A stretch of DNA of 64,000 nt from an uncultured Planctomycetaceae bacterium (GCA_963833985.1 CAWIAD010000002.1:2944001-3008000); one strand, 5' to 3'; shown: positions 1 through 10,681, counted from the stretch's first letter. Notes: generated by a model from the sequence alone, not told the origin. Translations and numbers: made by a program.

Positions 1-1125
1 GCGCTCTCCGGCACGCGCGGGCCTGGCCTGTGCAAGTCCGAGCCCAATCGGCACCCGTTCGGCACCCTGAACCTGATTGTGAGCCCGTCCACCCCCGACG
101 ACACCGTGCGCGAGATTGAAGCGCTGATGCGCCAGGGTGAGATCATCGGCCAGGCGATCAGCCTGGCGCGCGACCTGGCGAACACGCCTCCTTCACAGAA
201 GTGCCCCGCCCGGCTGGCCGAAGAGATTCGCACCATGGCTTCGGATGCGGGCATCTCCGCCCAGGTCTGGGATGAAACGCGGATCCGCCAGGAGCGGTTC
301 GGCGGCTTGCTCGGCGTGGCCTCGGGTTCCGAGAACCCTCCCGCGTTCGTCATTCTCGATTACCGCCGTGGCGGCGATGCCCCCACCCTGGCACTTGTGG
401 GTAAAGGGGTCACCTTCGACTCTGGCGGCTTGAGCCTCAAGCCGAGCGCCTCGATGGAGGACATGAAGAGCGATATGACTGGTGCCGCCGTGGTGGCTGC
501 GACCATGCAGGCCGTGGCCCGGCTTGGTCTGCCGGTCAATGTCACAGGTTACCTGGCCCTCACCGAGAACATGACCGGTGGCAAGGCCATGAAACTCGGC
601 GACGTTCTGACCATGAGGAACGGCAAGACGGTCGAGGTCCTGAACACCGATGCCGAGGGCAGACTGATCCTGGCCGATGCCCTCAGCTTCGCGGCCGAAA
701 GCCGTCCCGCGCGGATCGTGGACCTGGCCACGCTGACGGGAGCCTGTATGGTGGCTCTGGGACCAAAGGTGGCCGGTCTCTTCTCGAACAACGAGGAGCT
801 CAGCCAGGCCTTGCAGTCAGCTTGCCGCAGCAGCGGTGAACGCGTGTGGCGGCTGCCGCTGGACGACGACTACAAGGAGCAGCTCAAGAGCCATGTCGCC
901 GACCTGAAGAACGTGGGCGGAAAGTGGGGTGGAGCGATCACGGCCGCGAAATTCCTGGAGCAGTTCGTGGATGGCAAGGCCTGGTGCCACCTCGACATCG
1001 CCGGCCCCAGCTGGAGTGACTCCGAGAACGCCGCGCGCGACGCAGGCGCGACCGGCTGCTTCGTGAGAACCCTCGTGACGCTCATTCAGGAACTGGCCAC
1101 GGCACCTGCTCCGGCGCCAGAGTAG
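1..1125 (+). CDS. pepA: Leucyl aminopeptidase (M17), 5'-truncated by the window edge
   Basis: VGKGVTFDSGG, MKSDMTGAA and NTDAEGRL M17 motifs; frame is open from base 1. Confidence 0.93.
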   Translation, partial: ALSGTRGPGLCKSEPNRHPFGTLNLIVSPSTPDDTVREIEALMRQGEIIGQAISLARDLANTPPSQKCPARLAEEIRTMASDAGISAQVWDETRIRQERFGGLLGVASGSENPPAFVILDYRRGGDAPTLALVGKGVTFDSGGLSLKPSASMEDMKSDMTGAAVVAATMQAVARLGLPVNVTGYLALTENMTGGKAMKLGDVLTMRNGKTVEVLNTDAEGRLILADALSFAAESRPARIVDLATLTGACMVALGPKVAGLFSNNEELSQALQSACRSSGERVWRLPLDDDYKEQLKSHVADLKNVGGKWGGAITAAKFLEQFVDGKAWCHLDIAGPSWSDSENAARDAGATGCFVRTLVTLIQELATAPAPAPE

Positions 1126-1215
1126 ACGGCGGCTTACCCAGCACCCTGGACCAACCGAAAAGGTCCGACCCGCGACGAACGGAGGCCCACGTTTCCGGGA
1201 AGCCCGGTCTTGCCG

Positions 1216-1701
1216 TCAGGGCGCCTGGCAGCCCTGCTTCGCGAGGTACTGGTCCTTCCTGGGCTCAAACTCGCAGCGGATCCGGCAGCTGTTGACATCC
1301 AGCTCCTCCAGGATATCCAACACCTCGTCCATCTCGCTGCGCGAGAACACTTCCTGTGCCCACAAGATGATGTCCAGGTTTTCTTTGAGAACCTTGAGGC
1401 GGTCGAGGATGGGATTGATCAGGGGAGACGTGCGGAAGCGGCGCTGGAGCAGCCCGAAATCCTCCTTCTGCAACTCGATCCAGCAAGTTTTTCCCTGGAG
1501 ATGCTCGATCCAGCGCTGGCGCAGGAAGCCGTTCCAGTGGTGAAGCACCCAAAGCTTGATCGCACTTTCCCCGAGGTCGCGCCCTTCCTTCTCACTCTGG
1601 ATCCACTTGAATCGCTGAGCCTCTTCCTGGCCGTACCGCTGAAGGCTCATCTCCGTTTCGGGGAAGGTCTCAATGAATTGTCCGGACAAGGTGGAGAGCA
1701 T
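1216..1701 (-). CDS. Hypothetical protein resembling a conserved planctomycete family (FKWIQSEKEGRDLGE motif)
   Basis: ATG at 1701 preceded by GGGAGGA; protein-like composition. Confidence 0.7.
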   Translation of the reverse strand: MLSTLSGQFIETFPETEMSLQRYGQEEAQRFKWIQSEKEGRDLGESAIKLWVLHHWNGFLRQRWIEHLQGKTCWIELQKEDFGLLQRRFRTSPLINPILDRLKVLKENLDIILWAQEVFSRSEMDEVLDILEELDVNSCRIRCEFEPRKDQYLAKQGCQAP

Positions 1702-2119
1702 CGAGTCCTCCCGGCAAGAAGGCGGCTCAAGTCCTTGAGATCTCGTGGCTGCCACGTGGTGCCTCAGGACACGCAAGGGCCTCAATCTTCAACAAGCATG
1801 CCATGAGTCTTTTTTACTCGAAATTGTCGCGCCGTGTCAGGGGTGTGTAACATTTTTCTAGATTAGTCGATTTCTTAAACGTGGCTGACTGTACCAGTGA
1901 GCACACCGGTAGTCAAATCTCGGCTCACGTCGTTCCGCATCAGTCCACGGATGAGTGAAGCCCTTGTTGATCCCCTAACCCAATTATAGGAAGCGGGAGA
2001 GCAAGAGGGACACCACAATCACAGGTCCAGTGTGAAGTTGACGGGGGCGGCCATCCATCCGTGCGAGCCGGATTGGCGAGGACTTCCTGATCCGATTACA
2101 TGCTTGCGCTGCTCCTGAA

Positions 2120-4144
2120 TCACTCTCGGGGTGCACGAGCTTCTCCCGCCCCGAACCAGGCCAGCGACCGGCCCATCATGATGGCGACACCGGCGGGGCC
2201 GGCCGCGAAGGGGCCAAGAGGGACCTCGCTCACGGCCCGCCACCGGACACGGCCATCCAGGGTTGCACAGATCAGGTGGACCTCGCGCCGGCTGATCCGC
2301 ACCGGCTCACCGTGCTCGTCCACGGTGAACAGATCGCTGGAATTGCCGCTTGCGGGGCCTTCGAAGCGGGTCTTGCCGGAGCCATCGACGGCCTGGACCC
2401 GACCGTCGGCCGAAGCCACCACTGCGAACCGTCCCAGCCTGGCCAGCGACCATCCCTCGAAGGCGATCTGCCGGGTCCAGACGGCCTTGCCGCTTGCATC
2501 ATGGCCGCTGAGTTGCTGCGACCTGCGGGACACTGTCAGCCAGGTCACTTTGCTCGGCGAATCGTCCGGTGCCTCGATGAGCAGCGGGGGATCCGCCGGA
2601 TCGAAGGTCGCGCCGACGCTCGGCTCGCCGGCGGGGTCGAAGACCAGGAGCTGTCCCTCGCTCGTGGTGACGGCCGCGGAGCCTTCAGGGCCGATCGCCA
2701 CGTCCTCCACAGCGCTGCGGAGTTCCCGCTTCCAGACCCAGCGGGACGAGGGAGTGACCCTGCCGATCCGGTCTCGCTCCTGCACCAGGATCAGCCCGAA
2801 CGTATCCGGGCGAATCGCCAGGTGGGTCAGTTCAACAAGGCTCAAATCCAGCTTCTGCTGTGTCTTACGCCGCAAGTCGCAGAGCAGGATCTGGCGGTCA
2901 GTCGCTGCCGCCAGCCAGCCTGGCGCGGTTCGCAAAATGCGCCCGACGCCGGACATCTGCGGACCCTGTCCCAGCCTCTCTCCGGTGACCGAGTGGATCT
3001 CCAGGCGATGAGGGCTTGTGAACGAGGCCACGCAGGGCGGCTCATCGGCCACGATAAGCACCGCTGTTTCGGCCTGCTCGTCCGAGGCGACGATGGGCGC
3101 CGTCCAGTCCGGCTGGCGGACCGAGCCTGTCGCCGTTCGCGTCCCCGTGCGTGCAGGGCGCCCCTCGGTTTTTCGCTTCGCGGCACCGGTGCGGGGAAGG
3201 TCTGGCTCCGCAGTCGGACCAGGACCGAACAGGTCCAGCCGGATGATCTCGCCCGTGGAGTGCCCATAAACCACGTAACGACCCAGCGGATCGATCTCCA
3301 GGGCGATCGCCGGCCGGGACAGACGCGTCTTCCAGCGCACGTTGCCGGCCGAGCTCATGATGGCCAGCTCGCCTTCCAGGGTTGCAGCCGCGATGGTCCG
3401 GCCCGGAAAGTCCGGGACCGCGTGCGAGACCGTCCCGCCCAGGTGATACGAGCCCTCGCTCCGGCCCTTGAGGTCGAACCGTTGAATTCCATGGGTGAAG
3501 CAACTGGCAAGGATCATGGCTCCGTCGCCACTGGTTGTCAGCCGGCCCACGTTCGACATGAGGCGGTCCTGCCAGACGATCTCGGGTTCCAGCCGGCCAG
3601 AACCGTGCGATGCCAGGACTTCCAGCCCGATCAGCATCCCGAACGCCGCGGCGCCGACCAGGAATGGGCGATCGGCCAGGAAGCAGAGGTGGGCCAGCGG
3701 TTGAATGGTCTCCAGGCGCCCCGCCGACCGGCCGTAGCGGTTGAGGAAAGTCACGGCTCCCAGCCGGCTGCCGATCGCGATGTAGCGCCCGTGGGGATCG
3801 ATGGTCACCAGCGCCGGATCGCTGGGCGCCTGCTTCTCCACGGTCACGTCGAAATCCGCACTGAGCAGCAGCAGGCCGCCTTCGTCGGCCTCTCCCACCA
3901 GGGCTATGAGCGAACCTTCATCGCTGATGGCCCCGTGGGCGATCTTCTGGGGAAGTCGTGAAAAGGAGAGCGATTCGCCTTGGGCGTTCAGCAGGTAGAG
4001 CTGGTTGCCCTCGTCCCAGGCGAGTATCCGGCCCGCCTCGCGCGCGAACGCCAAACCCTTGAGCGGCGACTCCGTGACCATGGTCCAGGCCGTCACTGGA
4101 TCCAGCCGGCTTCCGGTTCTGTCACTCATCTCGGGCATCTGCAA
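2120..4144 (-). CDS. WD40/PQQ-like beta-propeller repeat protein (two propeller halves joined by a basic linker)
   Basis: Repeated blade-like segments (IDPHGRYIAIG, IDPLGRYVVYG, WKRELRSAVEDVAIGPEG). Confidence 0.7.
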   Translation of the reverse strand: MQMPEMSDRTGSRLDPVTAWTMVTESPLKGLAFAREAGRILAWDEGNQLYLLNAQGESLSFSRLPQKIAHGAISDEGSLIALVGEADEGGLLLLSADFDVTVEKQAPSDPALVTIDPHGRYIAIGSRLGAVTFLNRYGRSAGRLETIQPLAHLCFLADRPFLVGAAAFGMLIGLEVLASHGSGRLEPEIVWQDRLMSNVGRLTTSGDGAMILASCFTHGIQRFDLKGRSEGSYHLGGTVSHAVPDFPGRTIAAATLEGELAIMSSAGNVRWKTRLSRPAIALEIDPLGRYVVYGHSTGEIIRLDLFGPGPTAEPDLPRTGAAKRKTEGRPARTGTRTATGSVRQPDWTAPIVASDEQAETAVLIVADEPPCVASFTSPHRLEIHSVTGERLGQGPQMSGVGRILRTAPGWLAAATDRQILLCDLRRKTQQKLDLSLVELTHLAIRPDTFGLILVQERDRIGRVTPSSRWVWKRELRSAVEDVAIGPEGSAAVTTSEGQLLVFDPAGEPSVGATFDPADPPLLIEAPDDSPSKVTWLTVSRRSQQLSGHDASGKAVWTRQIAFEGWSLARLGRFAVVASADGRVQAVDGSGKTRFEGPASGNSSDLFTVDEHGEPVRISRREVHLICATLDGRVRWRAVSEVPLGPFAAGPAGVAIMMGRSLAWFGAGEARAPRE

Positions 4145-4242
4145 GCTCGCCGCATCGGGAACCTACCTTTGGAACAGGCCTCAGCCCCGACGTTGACTGG
4201 TCAGCGAACCGCGAGAGCCTGCCGGCCGGGAGATGTTCGGGA

Positions 4243-6879
4243 TTACAGATACCCCAGATGTCTGCGCCACCAGGCACCAAAGGGGACGGAGAGGACCGCG
4301 GCGAGGATCATGCTCATCATCCCTTGCGAGCCGCCCTCGGTGAAGCCGTAGCTGTGCAGGCCCACGCCCAGCACGAAATTCACGCCATACAGGCACATCA
4401 CCACCGACAGGAAGCAAATGACCGACGCCTGGGTCAGGCCGAAGGTGTTCACCCAGCCGGCAAACCGGCCGTGCAGCGGAACCAGGTAGACCAGCAGCGT
4501 GATCAGAGCCCACACCTCTTTTGGATCCCAGCCCCAGAAACGGCCCCATGAGTAATCAGCCCAGACGCCGCCCAGGATGGTCCCGGCGGCGATCAGCAGC
4601 ACGCCGACCTGCATGGCCCTGTAAACGAAGTTGGCCAGCGGCTTGATGATCAGCGCCGTCTCCTGCATGGCTCGCCCCCGGGCGTCGAGCTGCGCCGGTG
4701 CGGCCACCGCGCGCACGCGGTCGGCGGCGTCCAGAGATTCAGGAGGGGTCGGCGCGTGAACTCCCGGAGCAGGACTGGCGACAGGCTGAGATTCCTCGCT
4801 GTCGTCGTTCAGCTCATTGTCGTCCTCGCCGTTGCCGTTGCCGTGAAGAGCATCGCGGAACTTCACACGATTCACGAGCTCGCCGGCCATGGCCAGCAGC
4901 GCGCCCAGCGACACCAGCCCGCCCGCTCCGGCCATGATCGCGAAGACGTAGAAGAGGAGGTCGCCGGTGACCCACTGCGTGCCGAACGCGCCGTACGAAG
5001 CGGCCACGCCCAGGGTGCCGGCAGCCAGCAAGGGAAGGCCGGGAACCATCGGCAAGGCCACTTCGCCCAGGCTCGGAGTGCGGCGATAGGTGGCCGTGAG
5101 GTAATAGGCCATGGCAATCAACCCCAGCGCGCAGGCCAGGCCAAACGCGGCATAGCTGGAGACTTCGGTCAGAACGTGGATGGTGAGCCAGAAGTTGCTC
5201 CGCAGCACCGGCTGCAAGCTCTTGATGCTGGGGTCGAGCAGAGGGACGTTCACCGCCGTGATCGTGCCCAGAAGCGCCACGCCAGCCCCGGCCAGGGCCG
5301 TGTAGGTACGGCGGAAGATGAGCTCGAAGACGAACGCGAGCGTGGCCGCCACCAGCGCCACCCAGATGACGACCTCGTACATGTTGGTCACCGGCGCCCA
5401 GCCCGAGATCTGGATCCGCAGCATGAAGCCGTAGACCTCCAGCGCGATGCCCGTCGCCAGGGCCAGCATGCCCAGCGGGTAGAAGCCCTGACCCAGCAAG
5501 CCGGTGAACGACTTGCGTCCCGCCGTGAAGCCCAGGCTGATGGTCAAGAGGAGCAAGGCGGTGCCGTAGGCAATGGGCGCCTGCCAGAACGGGTTCATCG
5601 TATTGAAGTGTGTCTCTCGCTCGATGGCCGCCAGGCTGGGATACTTCCGGGGGTTCACGGCCTCGCCAAGTTGTCGCGACGTGGAGAGAATCGCGTCGGC
5701 GGCCGGCTGCGCAAGCTGGCCCGGATAGTTCCGTTCGGCGAGCTCCAGCGCGTGGTAGGCAGAACGGAATGCCGCCACCTCGTCCGCCGGATAACCGGCC
5801 GACTGAAGATCCTGGTCGCTGGCCTTGAGCAAGACCTTGAGCGGCACCCAGGCCGAGTTGTCGCGCAGCCAGTCGGCAAACTTCTCATCGAGCTTCGCAT
5901 TCTCGCCCGGAGGCACGCGCTCTGCCTGGGGAGTGTCGTTCCAGTAGGTATCCAGCGCCTTGAGCGTATCGAACTCGATGGGGGCCAGCTCGCGCAGGTT
6001 CTCGGTCTTGCGTGCTTTCTTGATCACCTCGGCGATATAGCCCAGGGCCTTGAAGCTGAATGGCCGGGGCATCACGCGCACCAGCCCGGCGGAGCGCATC
6101 TCATCGCCGCTGTAGGCCTTGTAGGTCATCAAGCGGCGCCCGGCATCGATGGCCCGGCGCTCGACCTCGGTGAGCCGCTCGGCCGTGGCCGGGCTGGCAT
6201 CAAACTTCTGCTTCTGCTCTTCCAGGCCGGCCACCCAGTCCATGAAGGGAAGGGGCTCGCCGTTCCGAGAAATCCTGGCGTCTTCCAGCTCACGGGGGGG
6301 CAGCCACTTGGGCTCCTCGCCGAGCCTGGCGGCCAGTTCGGCGACAGCCCTGCGATCGGCCTCGGCAAGCGAGCAGCTCTTGAGGTAAGCCGTGAGGGAG
6401 GCGGTGGTCGGATCCTCGGGGCTTTCGGCCAGCCGCGCCAGCCCCGTACGGTCGGCCGCGCTGGTCGATTCCCTGGCGGCGATGTCCTTGAGCCGTGACC
6501 GGGTGGAGCCGGCCAGGATCAGCTTGCGCAACGGCCAGTAATCGACCAGGACGAACGGCTGGTCGTCCCAGAATTCGGGACGGACCATCCAGTCGAAGAA
6601 CGCGGCGACCGGGCCCCAGGTCTCGACGACGGTGCTGGCCGCGTCGTGAAGCTTGATCGTTTCGCGGCCGAAGACGTGCTTGACCTCCTCGCGGGCCACC
6701 GTGTCCAGCGGCTTGACGCGGCCCGCGTGCATCACGGCCAGCTTGCCGAGCTGCTCGTAGGCCGGGGTTTGGCCCAGCACCTTCGCCCTGGGTTCCTCAC
6801 CGCGGGCAGGCAAGGCTGCCTGCGAGAGACCTGCAAGGACCAGACAAAGTCCCACGGATCGCGTGATCGATTGCGTCAT
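4243..6879 (-). CDS. ccsA: Cytochrome c biogenesis protein CcsA/ResC (System II) with long periplasmic N-terminal domain
   Basis: WWD motif WADYSWGRFWGWDPKEVW, WLTIHV, GLHSYG, APVTNMYE, GRVKPLDT; N-terminal signal-like segment. Confidence 0.93.
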   Translation of the reverse strand: MTQSITRSVGLCLVLAGLSQAALPARGEEPRAKVLGQTPAYEQLGKLAVMHAGRVKPLDTVAREEVKHVFGRETIKLHDAASTVVETWGPVAAFFDWMVRPEFWDDQPFVLVDYWPLRKLILAGSTRSRLKDIAARESTSAADRTGLARLAESPEDPTTASLTAYLKSCSLAEADRRAVAELAARLGEEPKWLPPRELEDARISRNGEPLPFMDWVAGLEEQKQKFDASPATAERLTEVERRAIDAGRRLMTYKAYSGDEMRSAGLVRVMPRPFSFKALGYIAEVIKKARKTENLRELAPIEFDTLKALDTYWNDTPQAERVPPGENAKLDEKFADWLRDNSAWVPLKVLLKASDQDLQSAGYPADEVAAFRSAYHALELAERNYPGQLAQPAADAILSTSRQLGEAVNPRKYPSLAAIERETHFNTMNPFWQAPIAYGTALLLLTISLGFTAGRKSFTGLLGQGFYPLGMLALATGIALEVYGFMLRIQISGWAPVTNMYEVVIWVALVAATLAFVFELIFRRTYTALAGAGVALLGTITAVNVPLLDPSIKSLQPVLRSNFWLTIHVLTEVSSYAAFGLACALGLIAMAYYLTATYRRTPSLGEVALPMVPGLPLLAAGTLGVAASYGAFGTQWVTGDLLFYVFAIMAGAGGLVSLGALLAMAGELVNRVKFRDALHGNGNGEDDNELNDDSEESQPVASPAPGVHAPTPPESLDAADRVRAVAAPAQLDARGRAMQETALIIKPLANFVYRAMQVGVLLIAAGTILGGVWADYSWGRFWGWDPKEVWALITLLVYLVPLHGRFAGWVNTFGLTQASVICFLSVVMCLYGVNFVLGVGLHSYGFTEGGSQGMMSMILAAVLSVPFGAWWRRHLGYL

Positions 6880-6997
6880 ATCGATTCTCCAGGCTTACGC
6901 GGCTTTGCCTCGGTGTCTGTGATCAGGATCGAAGGGCTCACCCTCGATTCGCGCTCCACTTCCACTTGCGGAACACGCGGTCCTACGCTTTGAGCAG

Positions 6998-9178
6998 TCA
7001 CAATCGCTCGTCCTCGAAGACCTTCCCATCCATCCTGGGAGTTGAGCCGGTACCGACGGTGTTTCCCGCGCGGGCGGCCCGCTCGCGTTCTTTCCGGCCG
7101 CCGTCGGTGAAGACCCCGGCCCGCATGTAGAACTGCGTGAAGATGCCCAGCACCAGGATCACGCAGCCCGCGTACTTGATGGGCCGGCCGGGATCGATGC
7201 CCACCTGGAGCACCGACTGGAACTGCCCGGTGCGCTGGCCGGTGTCCGGGTCTTGCATGGCCGAGTAGCGCATCTGGTAAAACGAGTACCCGTCGTGAGA
7301 GAGCGGGTTGTTCATGGAGATCACGTGGGGCCGATCCTTGATGCCCTCGGCCGGGTCGGAAAGCCGGACGTTGCTGACGAACTTGGTCGCTTGCTCGGTT
7401 CCCGGCTCGAACGCGACCTCGAACTTGTCCAGCTTCAGATCAAAACCCATCGGCCGGCGGTCCACGTCGTAGGCGATCTCGAAGAGCCGATCGCCGAACG
7501 GCACGGGCTTGAAGGATGGGCCTGCTGGCGACTCGCTGCGCTGGATCCAGATCTCACGTGTGACGCCGCCGACGGTCATCTCGATCAGGCTGGCGGGAAC
7601 GGCCTCCTCCATCTGGTTCTTGGGCAAGAAGAGGGGCTCGAAGATCTGTTTTTCCACGCCCGCGGGCAGGTAGTCGTCCACGAGAAAGCTGATCGTCATG
7701 GGCATATTGGCACCGCCACCGAAGGCAGCGATGGGCTTGTCCGGCACGACGGTCCCCGAGGATCGCAATTCCGTCTTGCCGTCCTTCCCCCGGCCGAAGA
7801 CGCGGTAGTAGAGCGAGTGGTCCGGTCCGGCCAGCACCTCGATCTGACCGAAGCGGCCGTTGGTGCGCGGGTCGATCACCGGCGGGACCATGAGGTGAAT
7901 CGACACCAGCGGCACCGGTGGTCTGGCCTCGGGTTCACGCGGGTTCGGCATCACGTTGGGCACCATCGGCAGTGAACCCATGGCGAAATGCTCGACCTCC
8001 GGCCCGTTCCCCTTCCGCACCTGGAACATTCCCACCGGCATGGACGGTTCCCCGAGCACCCCGGAGAGCCCTCCTTCGCTGGTGGGAAACTCGGCGAGCT
8101 TCTCGACTTTCACGGTCAGGTCGCTCCCTGGCAACTGGACCGACTTGCCTTCCTGACCTTCCATCGCCAGGTCGAAGACGCCAGTTTGCCCATCCGACTT
8201 CTGATAACGGAACCGGGCCACGCCGCTTGAGCCTGCGCCCTGTGGAGGCCTGAGGAAGTCCTCGACAAGTTCGGGCCGGTCGACGTATGAGAACGCCAGC
8301 AGGGCCGGGTTGACGTCGCGGGCCGCGCGGTAGAACCGCCGATCCAGCTTGAACCACTGGTCTTTCTCCAGCGGCAGCGCCTCGCGAGCCTGTGGCATGC
8401 CGGGCGCCTTGAACTGGAGCCGGATCCGGGCCATCGGCTGGCCCGCGGGATCAGCCTGGTGCAGCACAGCGGCCGTGGAGGCCGGCAAGTGTTTGCGCAC
8501 CGCCAGGGTGAAGGGATCACCGGGCTGACTGAGCAATTCACCAGTACGTGAGGGCGCCGGAAACCTGCCGCCGGAAACCGCGTTCAGGGCAATGTCCAGA
8601 AGAGTGCGCAGGTGCGGCTCGCCTTCTCCCCAGGGGAAGGGGCCGGGCTGAAAGTGCATCTCGTAAGACGGTCCCGGCTCCTGGGTGTGCGGGTCGAGCT
8701 CGCGGACCCGGATCACCGGATCGTTGCGGCGGACCAGCTCGGAGCGCGTCTCGCCCTCCAGCATCGCCACGAACCCTTCGTCGGCGGTGCGCATGCTCCA
8801 GTAGGAACCGAAGATCAGCACCAGCAGCCCCGCGTGCGTGATGACAAAGCCCGTTTGCCGCTTCTTCCAGGGAAAGCGAATGAGCGCCGCAGAGAGGATA
8901 TTGACCGCCAGGAATGCCAGCAGCAGGGCGAACCAGGTGCTGCGGTACACATAGTCCTGGGCCGCGGAGGTTCCATGGCTGGACTCGATGAAGGTTGCGA
9001 ACGCGAGCGAGGCGGCCAGCGTCAGCAGGCTGAAGACGGCCAGTTTCAGCGAGGCGAGAAACCGGTAGATCGCGTCAATGCCGCGTAAGAGCGGATGAAC
9101 CAGCAAGCTTGAAGCGGGAGCCGGGTTGCCAGCCCGGCTCGATGCGGCAGCGGACGCCTTCTTCGTGGCAATCGCCAT
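6998..9178 (-). CDS. ccsB: Cytochrome c biogenesis protein ResB/CcsB
   Basis: FLASLKLAV TM start, GFVITHAGLLVL (conserved His), ISMNNPLSHDGYSFYQ, DPGRPIKYAG; adjacent to ccsA. Confidence 0.85.
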   Translation of the reverse strand: MAIATKKASAAASSRAGNPAPASSLLVHPLLRGIDAIYRFLASLKLAVFSLLTLAASLAFATFIESSHGTSAAQDYVYRSTWFALLLAFLAVNILSAALIRFPWKKRQTGFVITHAGLLVLIFGSYWSMRTADEGFVAMLEGETRSELVRRNDPVIRVRELDPHTQEPGPSYEMHFQPGPFPWGEGEPHLRTLLDIALNAVSGGRFPAPSRTGELLSQPGDPFTLAVRKHLPASTAAVLHQADPAGQPMARIRLQFKAPGMPQAREALPLEKDQWFKLDRRFYRAARDVNPALLAFSYVDRPELVEDFLRPPQGAGSSGVARFRYQKSDGQTGVFDLAMEGQEGKSVQLPGSDLTVKVEKLAEFPTSEGGLSGVLGEPSMPVGMFQVRKGNGPEVEHFAMGSLPMVPNVMPNPREPEARPPVPLVSIHLMVPPVIDPRTNGRFGQIEVLAGPDHSLYYRVFGRGKDGKTELRSSGTVVPDKPIAAFGGGANMPMTISFLVDDYLPAGVEKQIFEPLFLPKNQMEEAVPASLIEMTVGGVTREIWIQRSESPAGPSFKPVPFGDRLFEIAYDVDRRPMGFDLKLDKFEVAFEPGTEQATKFVSNVRLSDPAEGIKDRPHVISMNNPLSHDGYSFYQMRYSAMQDPDTGQRTGQFQSVLQVGIDPGRPIKYAGCVILVLGIFTQFYMRAGVFTDGGRKERERAARAGNTVGTGSTPRMDGKVFEDERL

Positions 9179-9382
9179 GGTCTCTCACCTGCACAGGAGG
9201 GACATCGCGCCGATGCGGAAGCTGGCGGGCGGGATTCGGTCCGCATCAGTGTCGCGAGGGAACATTGGGATTCTATCCGTGGGAGCCGCCCGGAACCAGA
9301 CTTGCCGGCCCGATTGAACAGTCCGACGGCTTGACATCGAGGCTCGGAGGGCGACTTTCCGCGGCAGCAGGCGGCAGCCTCC

Positions 9383-10402
9383 TTACCAGGTACGGAAGGC
9401 CGTGTGGCATCCCACGCACGAGGCATCCAGCCGGCGCGCTGCGCCCAGCAGGGCCAGCCGATCGCCGTTCCTGGCCGCCTCGCCAAGGTCGATGGCCGCC
9501 AGTCTCATCTTCGCCGCATGGAAGAGCCAGACTTCGCGATCACGGCCCGAGTCGATCCCGGCGGTCTGCTCGGCCACCCACTGAAACGTACGTGCGAGCG
9601 CTTCGACCTGTTCGGCCGAACAAGCCGCTCCCTGGTCGCTTTCCAGAGTCCGGAGCCGGTCGCGGGCGTCCCCGGCACCCGGAGAAGCCAGCGTGAGCGA
9701 CTGCATGACCTGACGCATCGAGCAGTGTGCTGCCTCGGCCTCGTGGCCCGAATGGCTGATCCGCGAGAACGCCAATCCGGCCGCGACGGCACCGAGAAAC
9801 GCGATCAAGCCACATCTGGCCAAACGCTGACGGAGCATGGAGCGGGCGCGCTCGAGCCGGCGCGACATCGTTCCGGCCGGCCATCCAAGCTGACGCGCGG
9901 CCTCCTGGTTGGTCTTGCCTTCCAGGTAGCAGAGGACCACGGGTGCACGGTATTTCTCGGGAAGCTGGCCGAGCGCCGTGCGGACGACTCGCCGCAGCTC
10001 GCTGCGTTCCAGGCCATCGTCCGGCTGGTCGAGCGGATGATAGCAGTCCGGGATCAGGCCGCCGGGTTCACCGCTTCGCCCCGGGCTGAGCGCCGTGGCG
10101 GGCCGCTCGAGTCGAGCGCGACGGCCAAGGCCGGCGCGTGTGTGCAGGACAAGCCGCCGAGCGACCGAGCAGAGCCAGCGGTCGACCGAGCCATTCCAGG
10201 AGATGTCGGCCGCCTTGTCGGCCAGGACAAAGAACGTCGCCTGAAAGACGTCCTCCGCGTCGTGCTCGCTGGCCAGCCCGCGCCGGCAGACCCGGCGCAC
10301 CTGGGGGCCATGCCTCCTTACCAGTTCGCCGAACGCCGCCTCGTCCCGCTGGTTCGCAAACCGCTGGAGCAGCAGCGCATCACTGACCGGTTCGGTCACC
10401 AA
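9383..10402 (-). CDS. ECF sigma-70 factor with TM helix and C-terminal cytochrome c'-like (class II) CxxCH domain
   Basis: sigma2 DAEDVFQATF, sigma4 LPEKYRAPVVLCYLEG...GTMSRRL; hydrophobic GLIAFLGAVAAGLAF; C-terminal ASCVGCHTAFR (CxxCH at 9404-9418); start TTG 10402 or GTG 10399 after GGGAGG. Confidence 0.85.
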   Translation of the reverse strand: MVTEPVSDALLLQRFANQRDEAAFGELVRRHGPQVRRVCRRGLASEHDAEDVFQATFFVLADKAADISWNGSVDRWLCSVARRLVLHTRAGLGRRARLERPATALSPGRSGEPGGLIPDCYHPLDQPDDGLERSELRRVVRTALGQLPEKYRAPVVLCYLEGKTNQEAARQLGWPAGTMSRRLERARSMLRQRLARCGLIAFLGAVAAGLAFSRISHSGHEAEAAHCSMRQVMQSLTLASPGAGDARDRLRTLESDQGAACSAEQVEALARTFQWVAEQTAGIDSGRDREVWLFHAAKMRLAAIDLGEAARNGDRLALLGAARRLDASCVGCHTAFRTW

Positions 10403-10681
10403 GTCCGCGTCCTCCCGGAAGCCCCCGTGCCTCCTCCCTATTATGCCCGGAAAGGCCGCGTTGAAATGCACGAATCTGCCGGAAATGACGTCAGCCTCAA
10501 TGGAAAGAGCCGGTGGTTACCCTTCGAGGACCGCGATCAAGCGGTACTGGCGGCGAAAAGGCGCAGCCAGGTCATGCACCGAAACTCTTTTTCACAATGT
10601 ATTTACGTGTCGAGCACCGAAGCGGCGGGAGTTCGCCGGGGGAACATCCGGAATGCTCCTGCGCGGGGGCGAGAGGCTTCT

